Made by a program: the position numbers and the translations under genes. Positions 9,501-17,168 of a stretch of 40,152 nt of DNA are shown one piece after another. The stretch is taken from positions 1 to 40,152 of the IMG/VR virus record IMGVR_UViG_3300028633_000016, one strand, 5' to 3'. Under the pieces are notes generated by a model. That model did no database searches. It was not told the DNA's origin and saw only the letters and a program-made list of their open reading frames with translations. Origin of the DNA: a virus. Lineage: Duplodnaviria > Caudoviricetes. Position 1 is the first letter of the stretch. Every line of letters begins with the position of its first letter.

Positions 9501-9883
9501 GAACAGTGAACGCTACATTATATGCAAATAATGTAATAAGGATTCTTGGGGTTGGGGGATATAATACTATTGCCGGCGACCTGTCGTTTATTCCGGTTAG
9601 CATTACTCAGTTTTCTCTCTCAGGATATAATGTTGTTGATGGATATACGGCCGGAAGATCATTCCCGGCAGCAATGAATTATTTGAATGTTGCTCCAATA
9701 GGTCCTGGAGGATTAAGTTCAACTGAAGTGGATAATCTTCTTATTGACCTGTCAACAAAAGTATGGCCGGCGGGAAACAAGTCAATTTCACTTCTTGGAA
9801 CAAATGCTGCGCGCACGGCAGCATCAAATATAGCAGTAGCGACTCTTATGTCACTTGGGGTTATTGTACAGACAAATCCATAA
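6560..9883 (+). CDS. Muzzle/stabilization protein fragment 1 fused to adhesin array: muzzle N-terminus, half FISUMP, FN3, full FISUMP, FN3, LRR-like solenoid
   Basis: GMNKD...L.PGEY.DALN.R muzzle-type N-terminus; IGNQVWM..NL / YGGLY / P.GWRVPT / YGF..LPGG FISUMP motifs twice; two FN3 (about 7178-7453 and 7955-8233); 22-aa repeats; LSSTEVDNLLIDL cap. Confidence 0.75.
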   Translation: MQSKDLHRFNVGMNKDDSPADLQPGEYTDALNMRIASSDEQQGFGIMETLQGEVELIINVSAAYYGGAIGGQFIYSGYEEVTIGNQVWMKRNLDIAYPGSRVYNNDEAQRAIYGGLYHHEHLHDPFLIPAGWRVPTEADVDELLTFLGGAMLAGGLLKEFDTPHWQSPNTGAEDLYGFQMLPGGMFDLVFSLLGFKGSFWMLDEAAPEPPVALDPTVIGETFFLGWWDPSVGADGYYLTVSTDPLFGSTVPGFDGLDVGNVTHYNVTGLTDGVTYYYYVEAYNDIGASAPSNIITVITGNEAVIIGSQIWMTKNVTVALPDSFVYDDDEGNRILYGGMYPASLFDAVEAAHPGWIVPSLADWQALIDFVGDSTDAGGILKAIAGGWDPPNTGAIDTYAFEARSTGYYISGIYALLGQYGFYWTRTPGTAGTTYYMLFSYDNDDLTASLTADETCIAIRLIAQYTALDAPVALPATNITETSFTANWEGVTGATGYRLTVATDAAFTDIVAGFNSLDVGNVLTYDVPGLDIGHEYFYRLTAYNPVYTSAYSNVIEVNLPISWTVTSRGDGSGVAVMSMRVTEPLTLTFIDGTARFYSDAAGTLNESTTKVVNATGTLQPIYIKAPSGSSTMQFSSALSLYGFGHALGLGSTNPAWGRSTGGSYDANTPGLDASNWYFPNCIDIGVAYAPIITLFSDLSDLSPNLVRATLVSGSAITGDVSDIGSSCELFDIGSNANITGDVADIPDSMLYFELGSGNTLHGDIADLPPNILDFRVYGSNTITGDIGNAPVSAEYLNIHGNNTLYGDISGVGINVTGLDIGGLNTLDGDLADLSVGIARVCVKGHNTIYGDIADIPSTVTYFYIGGDNTIEGNITDLKTGLGTFIIAGLNTITGDIADIKATITYFFVAGYNAIAGNIANLKTSMRTFSVSGFNTITGDIQNFPTGLTSVHLAGWNTLYGNIESLPAATISSFSIYGYNIIGGTVNATLYANNVIRILGVGGYNTIAGDLSFIPVSITQFSLSGYNVVDGYTAGRSFPAAMNYLNVAPIGPGGLSSTEVDNLLIDLSTKVWPAGNKSISLLGTNAARTAASNIAVATLMSLGVIVQTNP
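8693..9630 (+). repeat. About 14 degenerate 22-aa (66-nt) LRR-like repeats, consensus NTITGDIADLPxxxxYFxIxG
   Basis: Directly visible periodicity in the translation. Confidence 0.85.
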
Positions 9884-9886
9884 GGA

Positions 9887-11641
9887 ATGGGATTATTAGG
9901 ACGCATATTATCATTCAATCATAACAGTGCCGAGGCGGTGAAGGAAACCGTCCTGAAGACCGACTATTATTCCATTAGGCTTATAAAGGACGCTGATCAT
10001 GTCAACTCCGTATATGATTCAAGCATCACGAATATTCTTCTTAATGGCAAGTGCATTGATCCGGAGACAAGGTGCCTGTATCTATTCTATATCGATACGT
10101 TCTTTAATGCAGCTTGGATCATTGAAATCAATATTGATACTCGTGTCCAGACGGTTGTTCTCTTTGATCGCTACAATGATATAGGATTTAATCCGAAGAA
10201 CAAAATATATAATGCCAGGGTCGTTTACGGAAGGATTATCTGGACCGATAATGTTAATCCGATCTATCAGGTTGACATTAAGAGGGCGAAGAACTCTTTT
10301 CTGTATGGCATTGGATACAACCAGAACAATAACATCCAGGACTGGGAAGAGGACATCTATTACTATCCGGATCAGATTGTGGCAGAATATCAGCATTTTT
10401 ATCGCTGTCTTGTCGCAAACATTGGATTCAGTCCGCTTGCATATACCGGTTATTGGCAGCAGTTGTGCAGGATAGAGGATGCTTACTATTCGATCAAGAT
10501 AGAGAACTTCTACTTTGCTCCTATGCCACCGCTTCTGCCGCCAGTTGTAACGTATCTTCAGGATGATACTAGGAGGCTGAACAACCTTCGCCAGACATTA
10601 TTTCAGTTTGCATACAACTACATTTATATGGACTACCGGGAGAGTACATATTCCCCGGCAAGCATAGTTCCGATGCCAGATGGAGAGGAGGAGGTTGCCA
10701 CAGGCCAGCAGACCGAAGACATCTCAAAAAATAACTGTCTCAAGATCCAAGTAAATACTGGAGGCGAGGAGGTACGGAAGATCCGGATCATTGGCCGCAG
10801 TAGTGCCGATACTCTCACATGGTTTTTGGTAGAAGAGATTGACAAGTTTGATCTTGAGGAGGAACGATATTCAGCATCTCCTATAAATGACGTAGGAATG
10901 CTGACGCTTACGATAACCCTTCCATTACCGATCGTTACCGGAGAGATTGTTTCAAACGCAGTACAGATCCCGATTGCACTTTCATCCAATGCCGGGAACC
11001 AGAGAAACCTGTATTTGATGGCCACGAACACAGACTTTGAATGGGCATCGTTTGAGTTTACTGATTTCTATATTTTGACAACAACAATAACTCACTCAAC
11101 GGTTGGCAATCGTTTCTTTATAGAAAATATTCCCACCTGGTTAGGAATTGTGGATATGTCGGATATGTCCGCCGTTATAAATGGATCCGAATTTAGAAGC
11201 GGAGTACAGCTTGGCTTGTTTCCAACGTCAGAAAACTTTGGGGCAGAGAGGAGTGGGCAGATAAGGCTATACGATACTTCTGCGTACGAGAACGAACTTT
11301 TTCTTGAGGTAGTGCAACGCGCCGGCGTTACTCCGGTTAGTGTTGAGGTGGAGGTTATTCCCGGAGAGGTACATGATCTTGAGGTTAATAATAACTCTGG
11401 GAGCAATACGCCGGGATATACCTATGTAACATTCCAGTTCTTTCCAATGCACCCGGATTATGGAGGCTTTGTGGCATTCGATATGCAATATGAGTTTCTA
11501 TTAAATGGGGTTTCAAACGGGACTGGATTTGTTACAGTATATAACACCCTGTTATGTAACACCGGGGATCACATGCTGGTGGCATCAGCCCCCGGAGATG
11601 TGGTTACAGTTCACCTCTGGGAGAATCCGAAACCAACATAA
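9887..11641 (+). CDS. Muzzle fragment 2: FISUMP C-terminal strand, beta-propeller region, CBM-like insert, C-terminal BACON/Ig-like appendage
   Basis: Starts ...KTDYYSIRLIKD (FISUMP terminus); IIWTDNVNP and FQFAY.Y.Y.D.RES.YSP muzzle motifs; W...YY...IV..Y..FYRCL..N....P....YW module at about 10343-10465; P.WL...N.G.ERSG.I...VQ.A BACON-like region. Confidence 0.7.
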   Translation: MGLLGRILSFNHNSAEAVKETVLKTDYYSIRLIKDADHVNSVYDSSITNILLNGKCIDPETRCLYLFYIDTFFNAAWIIEINIDTRVQTVVLFDRYNDIGFNPKNKIYNARVVYGRIIWTDNVNPIYQVDIKRAKNSFLYGIGYNQNNNIQDWEEDIYYYPDQIVAEYQHFYRCLVANIGFSPLAYTGYWQQLCRIEDAYYSIKIENFYFAPMPPLLPPVVTYLQDDTRRLNNLRQTLFQFAYNYIYMDYRESTYSPASIVPMPDGEEEVATGQQTEDISKNNCLKIQVNTGGEEVRKIRIIGRSSADTLTWFLVEEIDKFDLEEERYSASPINDVGMLTLTITLPLPIVTGEIVSNAVQIPIALSSNAGNQRNLYLMATNTDFEWASFEFTDFYILTTTITHSTVGNRFFIENIPTWLGIVDMSDMSAVINGSEFRSGVQLGLFPTSENFGAERSGQIRLYDTSAYENELFLEVVQRAGVTPVSVEVEVIPGEVHDLEVNNNSGSNTPGYTYVTFQFFPMHPDYGGFVAFDMQYEFLLNGVSNGTGFVTVYNTLLCNTGDHMLVASAPGDVVTVHLWENPKPT

Positions 11642-11653
11642 AAATAAAGAGAT

Positions 11654-12082
11654 ATGGCAAGCATTGTACCAAGATTTGTAAAGAAGGAGATAGTGGATGG
11701 ATGGGTAGCAGAGAACCTGTATCTCATGCTACTCTCCAGTGCATATACTCCTAATGCCACAACGCATCAATATGTATCCCAGGTATCTGCGAATGAGGTT
11801 GTGGATAGCGGAGGCATATATCCGGTTGGAGGTGTCCCGCTAGCAGGAAAACTTCAGGGATATGATCCGATCAGCGTGAACAATGCCTTCCTTGATGCGA
11901 ACAATGTAAGCATCGGGCCAGGCGCAACTCTCAATTATCGTTATGGTGTGATCTACCGCAATACTGGAAACCCGGCAACATCCCCAATCAGATGCGTCAT
12001 TGATTTTGTGACAAATCAGATTGTGACAAATGGGACAACTGTAATCAACTGGAACGCACTTGGAATAATTTATATTTCGTAA
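11654..12082 (+). CDS. Phage minor structural (fiber/adaptor-type) protein
   Basis: LMLL.S.YTP....H......NEV...G.Y..GG..L, F.DA..V, R.GVIY, IDF.....T.G...I.W...GI pattern of a widespread ~140-aa virion family. Confidence 0.6.
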   Translation: MASIVPRFVKKEIVDGWVAENLYLMLLSSAYTPNATTHQYVSQVSANEVVDSGGIYPVGGVPLAGKLQGYDPISVNNAFLDANNVSIGPGATLNYRYGVIYRNTGNPATSPIRCVIDFVTNQIVTNGTTVINWNALGIIYIS

Positions 12083-12083
12083 G

Positions 12084-14762
12084 ATGATTTACGGACATAA
12101 CCGAAATATTGACATCAATTTCTACAATGATCGGGTAAAGGAGTTCATTGCAGAGGAGGGATTTACTAATCCTTTCAGCTATGTGCCTATTAAGGCAGCG
12201 CACATGGAGGTTGTGTCCGGCAAGTCCGGGAGTGCAGTTGTTTTCGGAAATATTACCGAAGGATATGATCCGGTTGAATTGAGGGTTGAAGTCGAAAAGA
12301 ATTATACTGACATTGCTACTGAGGCTGCAAATATTCCGTTGCTGGTGGATAAGTATATCTCCGGGATATATTACTATGACTGGGATCATCCTCTTAATAC
12401 CTCTGGGGGATTAAATCTTCAAATAAGAGTAGTGAGAGTATATCTAATTCAAATCCCATATTATGTCAGGGAAGATGCGTTTTATTTCATAAATGTAGAA
12501 GGAGTAGGATCTGTCTCATACCAGGTGGGGGCAGGGGAAACCGGCCTGGATGTAAAGACTGCTCTGGAGGCAGCACTAACTGCATCTCCCGTATTTGGTC
12601 CGAGTAGTTTTGTGGCAGGGCCAAATCCATTAACGATCTATTTTTATAATCTCAGCAAGATCTACTGGGGTGGGACATTGGCAAATGAGTGGCCTGTAAT
12701 AACAGACGAGATGATCTTCCCGTATAATGTTACGGCCTACTGCCTAGATCTTGGTCTTACAACGAAATTTCCAATCCTCAAATATGGAGCAACACATGAC
12801 TTCGGGATTGTCTATAAGGATAAAATAGGCCGGAGATGTTCGGTTCTTCGCACGAAGAACATGAGTTTCTATCTGCCATTCTACTGCGAGGATCCGGCCA
12901 TACTTATGAATACCATTGCTTCGGTTACATTTAAGCTGAACCATCTTCCTCCCGTTTGGGCAGAGGCATACGAGATTGTTTATGCCGGCAATGCCTCAAT
13001 GGACTACTGGCTTCAGATCCGGATAAATGACATAAACGATCTGGGAGATGATAGGTTTGCTATAAACATCCAGGATAACCTTAACTGGACCAGGGAAAAC
13101 AACATGCGTTGGAAAGTGCCTGATTATGTATGGGAAGACGGCGACCGGATACGGCTCATTGGTACGATAACGAACGCTGGAGGAGTAGTAACGGTATATA
13201 CAACCGACGAAGGACATGTTTATGATTATGAGATCGAGGAAACGGCAGCAAGCGAACTTGCAGAGGAGATTGGAGGTGACTGGCTTATTGTTCAAGCAGC
13301 AATAAGACCGGCGTCCTTCGACGGAGAAACTGATATCATCGCGGAGATATATCGTCCGAAAAAGGGCATAGGAGTTTCCGTATATCAAGGAACCGGGATG
13401 GCGTTTGAGATTGGTGTTGATGAAAATGGAAACCGGTATCATAAGGGGGATGTTGATCAGGTTTTGAGTTCGGCCGGAGGATCGCTTACTCCTGCGGAGA
13501 TTTATAACACCGCAAATGATTCATGGAAGTATGAGCGCATAAGCTATGTATCAGAAGCCGTTGATCCGGCAGGCTCATTCTGGGCATTTTGGGCAGAGAG
13601 TCCATTCCCTAGTGACTGGTGGAGAGACATTACCAAATTAACATCTCAGGGTTGGCCATTCCTCTATGACATCATGCAGCAGCAGGTTACTCTGGGAGAA
13701 AGGCTGAGGCACGGAGGATTCCTTATCGAAGGTACCCGGATCAATAACATTGCCTGGTTTACCTATGAAAAGTTCATGGATCTTCCACAGAGATATGGTG
13801 ATATCACAGCATTGAGAGAGATTGGCTTTACTCTAAAGGTTCTGCAGACACATAAGGAGTCGAGTATCTATCTTCAGCGCGTACAGACATTCAGCGCAGA
13901 TGGAGGCGAAGGGGACTATAGCCTAATCAACAATCTTCTTGGTACATTCCGTCCGCTTGAAACAGACTTTGGTTGCCAGCATCCAGACAGTGTAATGGTC
14001 AATGACCGCAACTTGTATTACTGGGACAATAATGAGGGCAAGTTTATAAGATCTTCTCCGAACGGACAGATAGCTATCTCTGACTATAAGATGAGGAGAT
14101 GGTTCAGGGATCTCCGAAACTGGATTGAGGCGCTTGAGGGTACAGATAAATTGCTCGTCAATACAGGCGCTAACGTGGAGCATAATGAAGTATGGGTCAC
14201 ATGGAATATCAACGGAACAGTATGGGGAGCGATCTTCAGCGAAACAAACGGCCGATGGATATCCAGACTTGATCAGATCACTGAATCTTATGTTCACCTG
14301 GGGCAATGGTTCGCGCACATGTACAAACAGCGTCTATACATCATGAATGAGGATGAAGGACAGAACTGGCTTGAGTGGGCCAATGTTCCTACCTATGCTG
14401 ATGTACAGTTTGCCGGCAACATAAATGTGGCAAAGAATAAAGTATTTAATTCCCTGGCAGTTTATGCAGACCATCAGCTTGACTGCCTGTCCCGATTTAT
14501 TATAATCCCGGCAGAAGCATCATTTGAACTTATGGAAAGCTATGTTGCGATATGGAATAAATCAGAGGGAATTTATTATGGCCGAATACTTAAAGATCAA
14601 AATAGTCCTGGTAGCTTTGTATCCGTACATGACCAAACAATGAATGGAAGGGAAATGAGGGGTAGGTATTGCCTAGTCCGGTTAAGGACTAACGAGCATG
14701 AGGAGAAGGTCCGCATCTTCTCTGTCATAGTTATATCAACAGATAGTGAAAGAAGTGCATAA
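12084..14762 (+). CDS. Muzzle/stabilization protein fragment 3 (C-terminal portion)
   Basis: FYND, VP.KA...EV....VFGN..EGYD, FGIVY.D..GR, YG.I..L, FGCQHPDSV, YYWD...G, KVFNSL, MRGRY motifs. Confidence 0.75.
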   Translation: MIYGHNRNIDINFYNDRVKEFIAEEGFTNPFSYVPIKAAHMEVVSGKSGSAVVFGNITEGYDPVELRVEVEKNYTDIATEAANIPLLVDKYISGIYYYDWDHPLNTSGGLNLQIRVVRVYLIQIPYYVREDAFYFINVEGVGSVSYQVGAGETGLDVKTALEAALTASPVFGPSSFVAGPNPLTIYFYNLSKIYWGGTLANEWPVITDEMIFPYNVTAYCLDLGLTTKFPILKYGATHDFGIVYKDKIGRRCSVLRTKNMSFYLPFYCEDPAILMNTIASVTFKLNHLPPVWAEAYEIVYAGNASMDYWLQIRINDINDLGDDRFAINIQDNLNWTRENNMRWKVPDYVWEDGDRIRLIGTITNAGGVVTVYTTDEGHVYDYEIEETAASELAEEIGGDWLIVQAAIRPASFDGETDIIAEIYRPKKGIGVSVYQGTGMAFEIGVDENGNRYHKGDVDQVLSSAGGSLTPAEIYNTANDSWKYERISYVSEAVDPAGSFWAFWAESPFPSDWWRDITKLTSQGWPFLYDIMQQQVTLGERLRHGGFLIEGTRINNIAWFTYEKFMDLPQRYGDITALREIGFTLKVLQTHKESSIYLQRVQTFSADGGEGDYSLINNLLGTFRPLETDFGCQHPDSVMVNDRNLYYWDNNEGKFIRSSPNGQIAISDYKMRRWFRDLRNWIEALEGTDKLLVNTGANVEHNEVWVTWNINGTVWGAIFSETNGRWISRLDQITESYVHLGQWFAHMYKQRLYIMNEDEGQNWLEWANVPTYADVQFAGNINVAKNKVFNSLAVYADHQLDCLSRFIIIPAEASFELMESYVAIWNKSEGIYYGRILKDQNSPGSFVSVHDQTMNGREMRGRYCLVRLRTNEHEEKVRIFSVIVISTDSERSA

Positions 14763-14773
14763 AAAGTAAGATT

Positions 14774-15508
14774 ATGGATCCATTAACAATCGCAAGTTTG
14801 ATAGGTGCCGCAACATCCGCAGTTCAGGGAATCTGGGGGATGGGGCAGGAGATGAAGGCCGCAAGGCTTGAGAGGGAGAATCCCCGGCCTACGGCAACAA
14901 TGGCTCCGGCCATAAAGGAACTTCTGGGATATTCTTATGCACGAACACTTGACCGTGATATTCCGGGAGGAGAGATCTATCGTAACCGCATAGCCGGTGC
15001 AACCGCATCAGGAATAAGAGCAGCATCGGCAATGGGTGGTGGAGCAGAGGCCTACGGCGCACTTGACCGCATGGTCAGGGGAGGACAGGAAGCTTATTCT
15101 GATATGGCCGTAAAGGCCGCAGAACAGGCCTACAATGCCCAGGGAAACTATATGAGTGTCCTTGAGGGGCCGGCATACCAAGAGCAAAGAAGGGTTGACT
15201 ACTGGAACAAAGAAATGCCATATCTCCAGGCGGCACAAGCAGCGCAGGCGCTGAGGGAATCCGGAGGACAAAACATCATGGCTGGCATTAAAAATATTGC
15301 CGGAGTTGCCACATCTGCACTTGGGGGGAACGATATCCTCTCCGCATTACTTGGAAGAGGAGAAGGAGGATCTCCGGCCGTATCTGAATCTGAACTCGCA
15401 AGGATTATCGCTGGACTTACCAAAACAGGGGAAAGGCGCGGTCCGGTACAGACAGGATTATGGCCTTCACAGACGAAACTTAATATTCCAAAGTTCGGGA
15501 TTAAATAA
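14774..15508 (+). CDS. Putative ejected/cargo internal virion protein
   Basis: MDPLTIASLIGAA Gly/Ala-rich hydrophobic N-terminus, helical body; directly after muzzle. Confidence 0.55.
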   Translation: MDPLTIASLIGAATSAVQGIWGMGQEMKAARLERENPRPTATMAPAIKELLGYSYARTLDRDIPGGEIYRNRIAGATASGIRAASAMGGGAEAYGALDRMVRGGQEAYSDMAVKAAEQAYNAQGNYMSVLEGPAYQEQRRVDYWNKEMPYLQAAQAAQALRESGGQNIMAGIKNIAGVATSALGGNDILSALLGRGEGGSPAVSESELARIIAGLTKTGERRGPVQTGLWPSQTKLNIPKFGIK

Positions 15509-15519
15509 AAGCTACTGAA

Positions 15520-17166
15520 ATGGCAAAGGGTAAGATAGATCCGGCTTTTGTTGCGGCACCTTTTTTCGGGCCTTCCTCATATGATCCGGTACAGGCGGTT
15601 GAGAACGTCAAACAGCAACGGATAAAGTATGCTGAAGCAATCAATCAGAAAAAGGCCAAGGACTATGAGGAGGGAAAGAAACTTATAGATCTTGATATCA
15701 AGGCATGGGAGGACGAAAAAGGATTTGAGGAAATCTATTCAGACCTGGAGGATCTCAAAAGCCAGTATGTCGAACTTGGGAGCAAGGGATTTAATATATA
15801 TGATCCGAGCAGTCAGGCAGAGCAGAAGATCGCAAAGGCATTTCGGACCAGACTTGCCGATCTTAAACAGAAACACGATGTATGGCAGAGGGAAAAAGCA
15901 ACCATTGATGATGTTGAAAAGATCCTAATGCAGGAACAAGCCAAGCCAGAGGAGGAGCAGGATATCGACATCCAAGCTACAAATGAAAAGATCAAAGCAT
16001 GGAAAGAGGCTGAAGATGGGATACTTGGAAGGGCGCAGGCCTCAAAAGAACTCATTGTAGGGAAGGCAAGGCCGGTTGATGCTGGCAAATATTTCCAAGC
16101 GGCTATCCCTAAGTTTGTGCCAGGGACAGATGAAACTGTTAAGCGATTTATAGTAGACGAGACTACCGGGAAGTGGACGAAGACTACATGGCAGGGAGTT
16201 GATCCGGCCAGAGCCAAGGCCGGTATTATGAAAGCATATAAGGCCGCGCCAACCAATGTAAGAAATGCCGTTGATAAGATGTATGAGGCTGACCCGGACA
16301 AGGGTGTGATGAATAAGGAGGACTGGCTTGTTCAGACCTACGGCCCTGCATATCCCACTAAGGAAAGGAAAGAGTCCGGCATGGGATCAACCGGAGGAGG
16401 AGCCGGCGGAACAGGACTGCCGGCAAAAGATCAATCAGGGAAATATCCGGTACAGCCCCAGGTAAGAGATATCTATTATGGTACCTCAAGTGCATCGGGA
16501 GATAAGGTTGTTCCGTTTGAGGGTATCGGAAGAGTACCCATTGGTGGCTTATTTGGCTTCAGGAACATTACGATCATGGGATCGGCCAATAACATCAACT
16601 CAGTAACGGGGGCCGTAGAGGGTAAAGGAAAGGCTATTCCAGCCGTTCCCGTTGAGGCCAACATGTATCCGGTGGCGACAAAGGACATATCTATTCAAGT
16701 CCGGGATCCTAAAGGGACTGACATAATTACAGAAACAGTTAGGACTGGGGAAAGAATACCATTGCATGTGCTAGAGCAGATGCGTCTGGCTAATGTGGAT
16801 GCCAAAGAGAAAGGCCTTCCTCCGTCATACACCTATCAGTATAAGCCATACGTTCATTTTGGACTGGCCTACAAGCAGGTGAAGGAAGGACAGGAGGCTC
16901 CGAATGGCATGAGCCAGTACAATATTTACATGCCAGACTCATCAGGAAGAACTCAGTCATACACTGAAACCTCTATTGTTCCTTATGATGAGGTAAGGCA
17001 GGATCTCTTTGCAGCAGCCAAAGAAAACAAACAAGACTGGACTCCGTACGACAAGTATTTCCGGGAGATGGAGGCGCAGCTTAACAGCACTCAGAATAAA
17101 GTAAACAGTCTGTTTGAGGATAAAACCAAAACAACTACCGATCTTTACAAGGCTCTTGAGCAATAG
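15520..17166 (+). CDS. Putative ejected/cargo virion protein
   Basis: Charged coiled-coil N-half, Gly linker; lies between the first cargo gene and the giant gene. Confidence 0.45.
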   Translation: MAKGKIDPAFVAAPFFGPSSYDPVQAVENVKQQRIKYAEAINQKKAKDYEEGKKLIDLDIKAWEDEKGFEEIYSDLEDLKSQYVELGSKGFNIYDPSSQAEQKIAKAFRTRLADLKQKHDVWQREKATIDDVEKILMQEQAKPEEEQDIDIQATNEKIKAWKEAEDGILGRAQASKELIVGKARPVDAGKYFQAAIPKFVPGTDETVKRFIVDETTGKWTKTTWQGVDPARAKAGIMKAYKAAPTNVRNAVDKMYEADPDKGVMNKEDWLVQTYGPAYPTKERKESGMGSTGGGAGGTGLPAKDQSGKYPVQPQVRDIYYGTSSASGDKVVPFEGIGRVPIGGLFGFRNITIMGSANNINSVTGAVEGKGKAIPAVPVEANMYPVATKDISIQVRDPKGTDIITETVRTGERIPLHVLEQMRLANVDAKEKGLPPSYTYQYKPYVHFGLAYKQVKEGQEAPNGMSQYNIYMPDSSGRTQSYTETSIVPYDEVRQDLFAAAKENKQDWTPYDKYFREMEAQLNSTQNKVNSLFEDKTKTTTDLYKALEQ

Positions 17167-17168
17167 AT

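Noticed and set aside
8693-9630. CRISPR array or DNA tandem repeat
   Set aside because: Periodicity is conserved at protein level only, with degenerate DNA and no fixed repeat-spacer structure.
9881-9889. Stop readthrough or genetic-code reassignment fusing the in-frame ORFs 6560 and 9887
   Set aside because: The stop is TAA, and TAA, TAG and TGA all end genes cleanly here. ORF 6560 ends with a proper C-terminal cap motif. A sequencing error is not excluded but would not explain the third fragment.
6790-9990. Diversity-generating retroelement acting on FISUMP domains
   Set aside because: No reverse transcriptase and no near-identical TR/VR pair differing at adenines in the window.
7172-12083. 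Inserts as inteins, group I/II introns or transposons
   Set aside because: No intein C...HN boundaries, homing endonuclease, RT, transposase, terminal repeats or non-coding ribozyme space; the inserts are fully coding.
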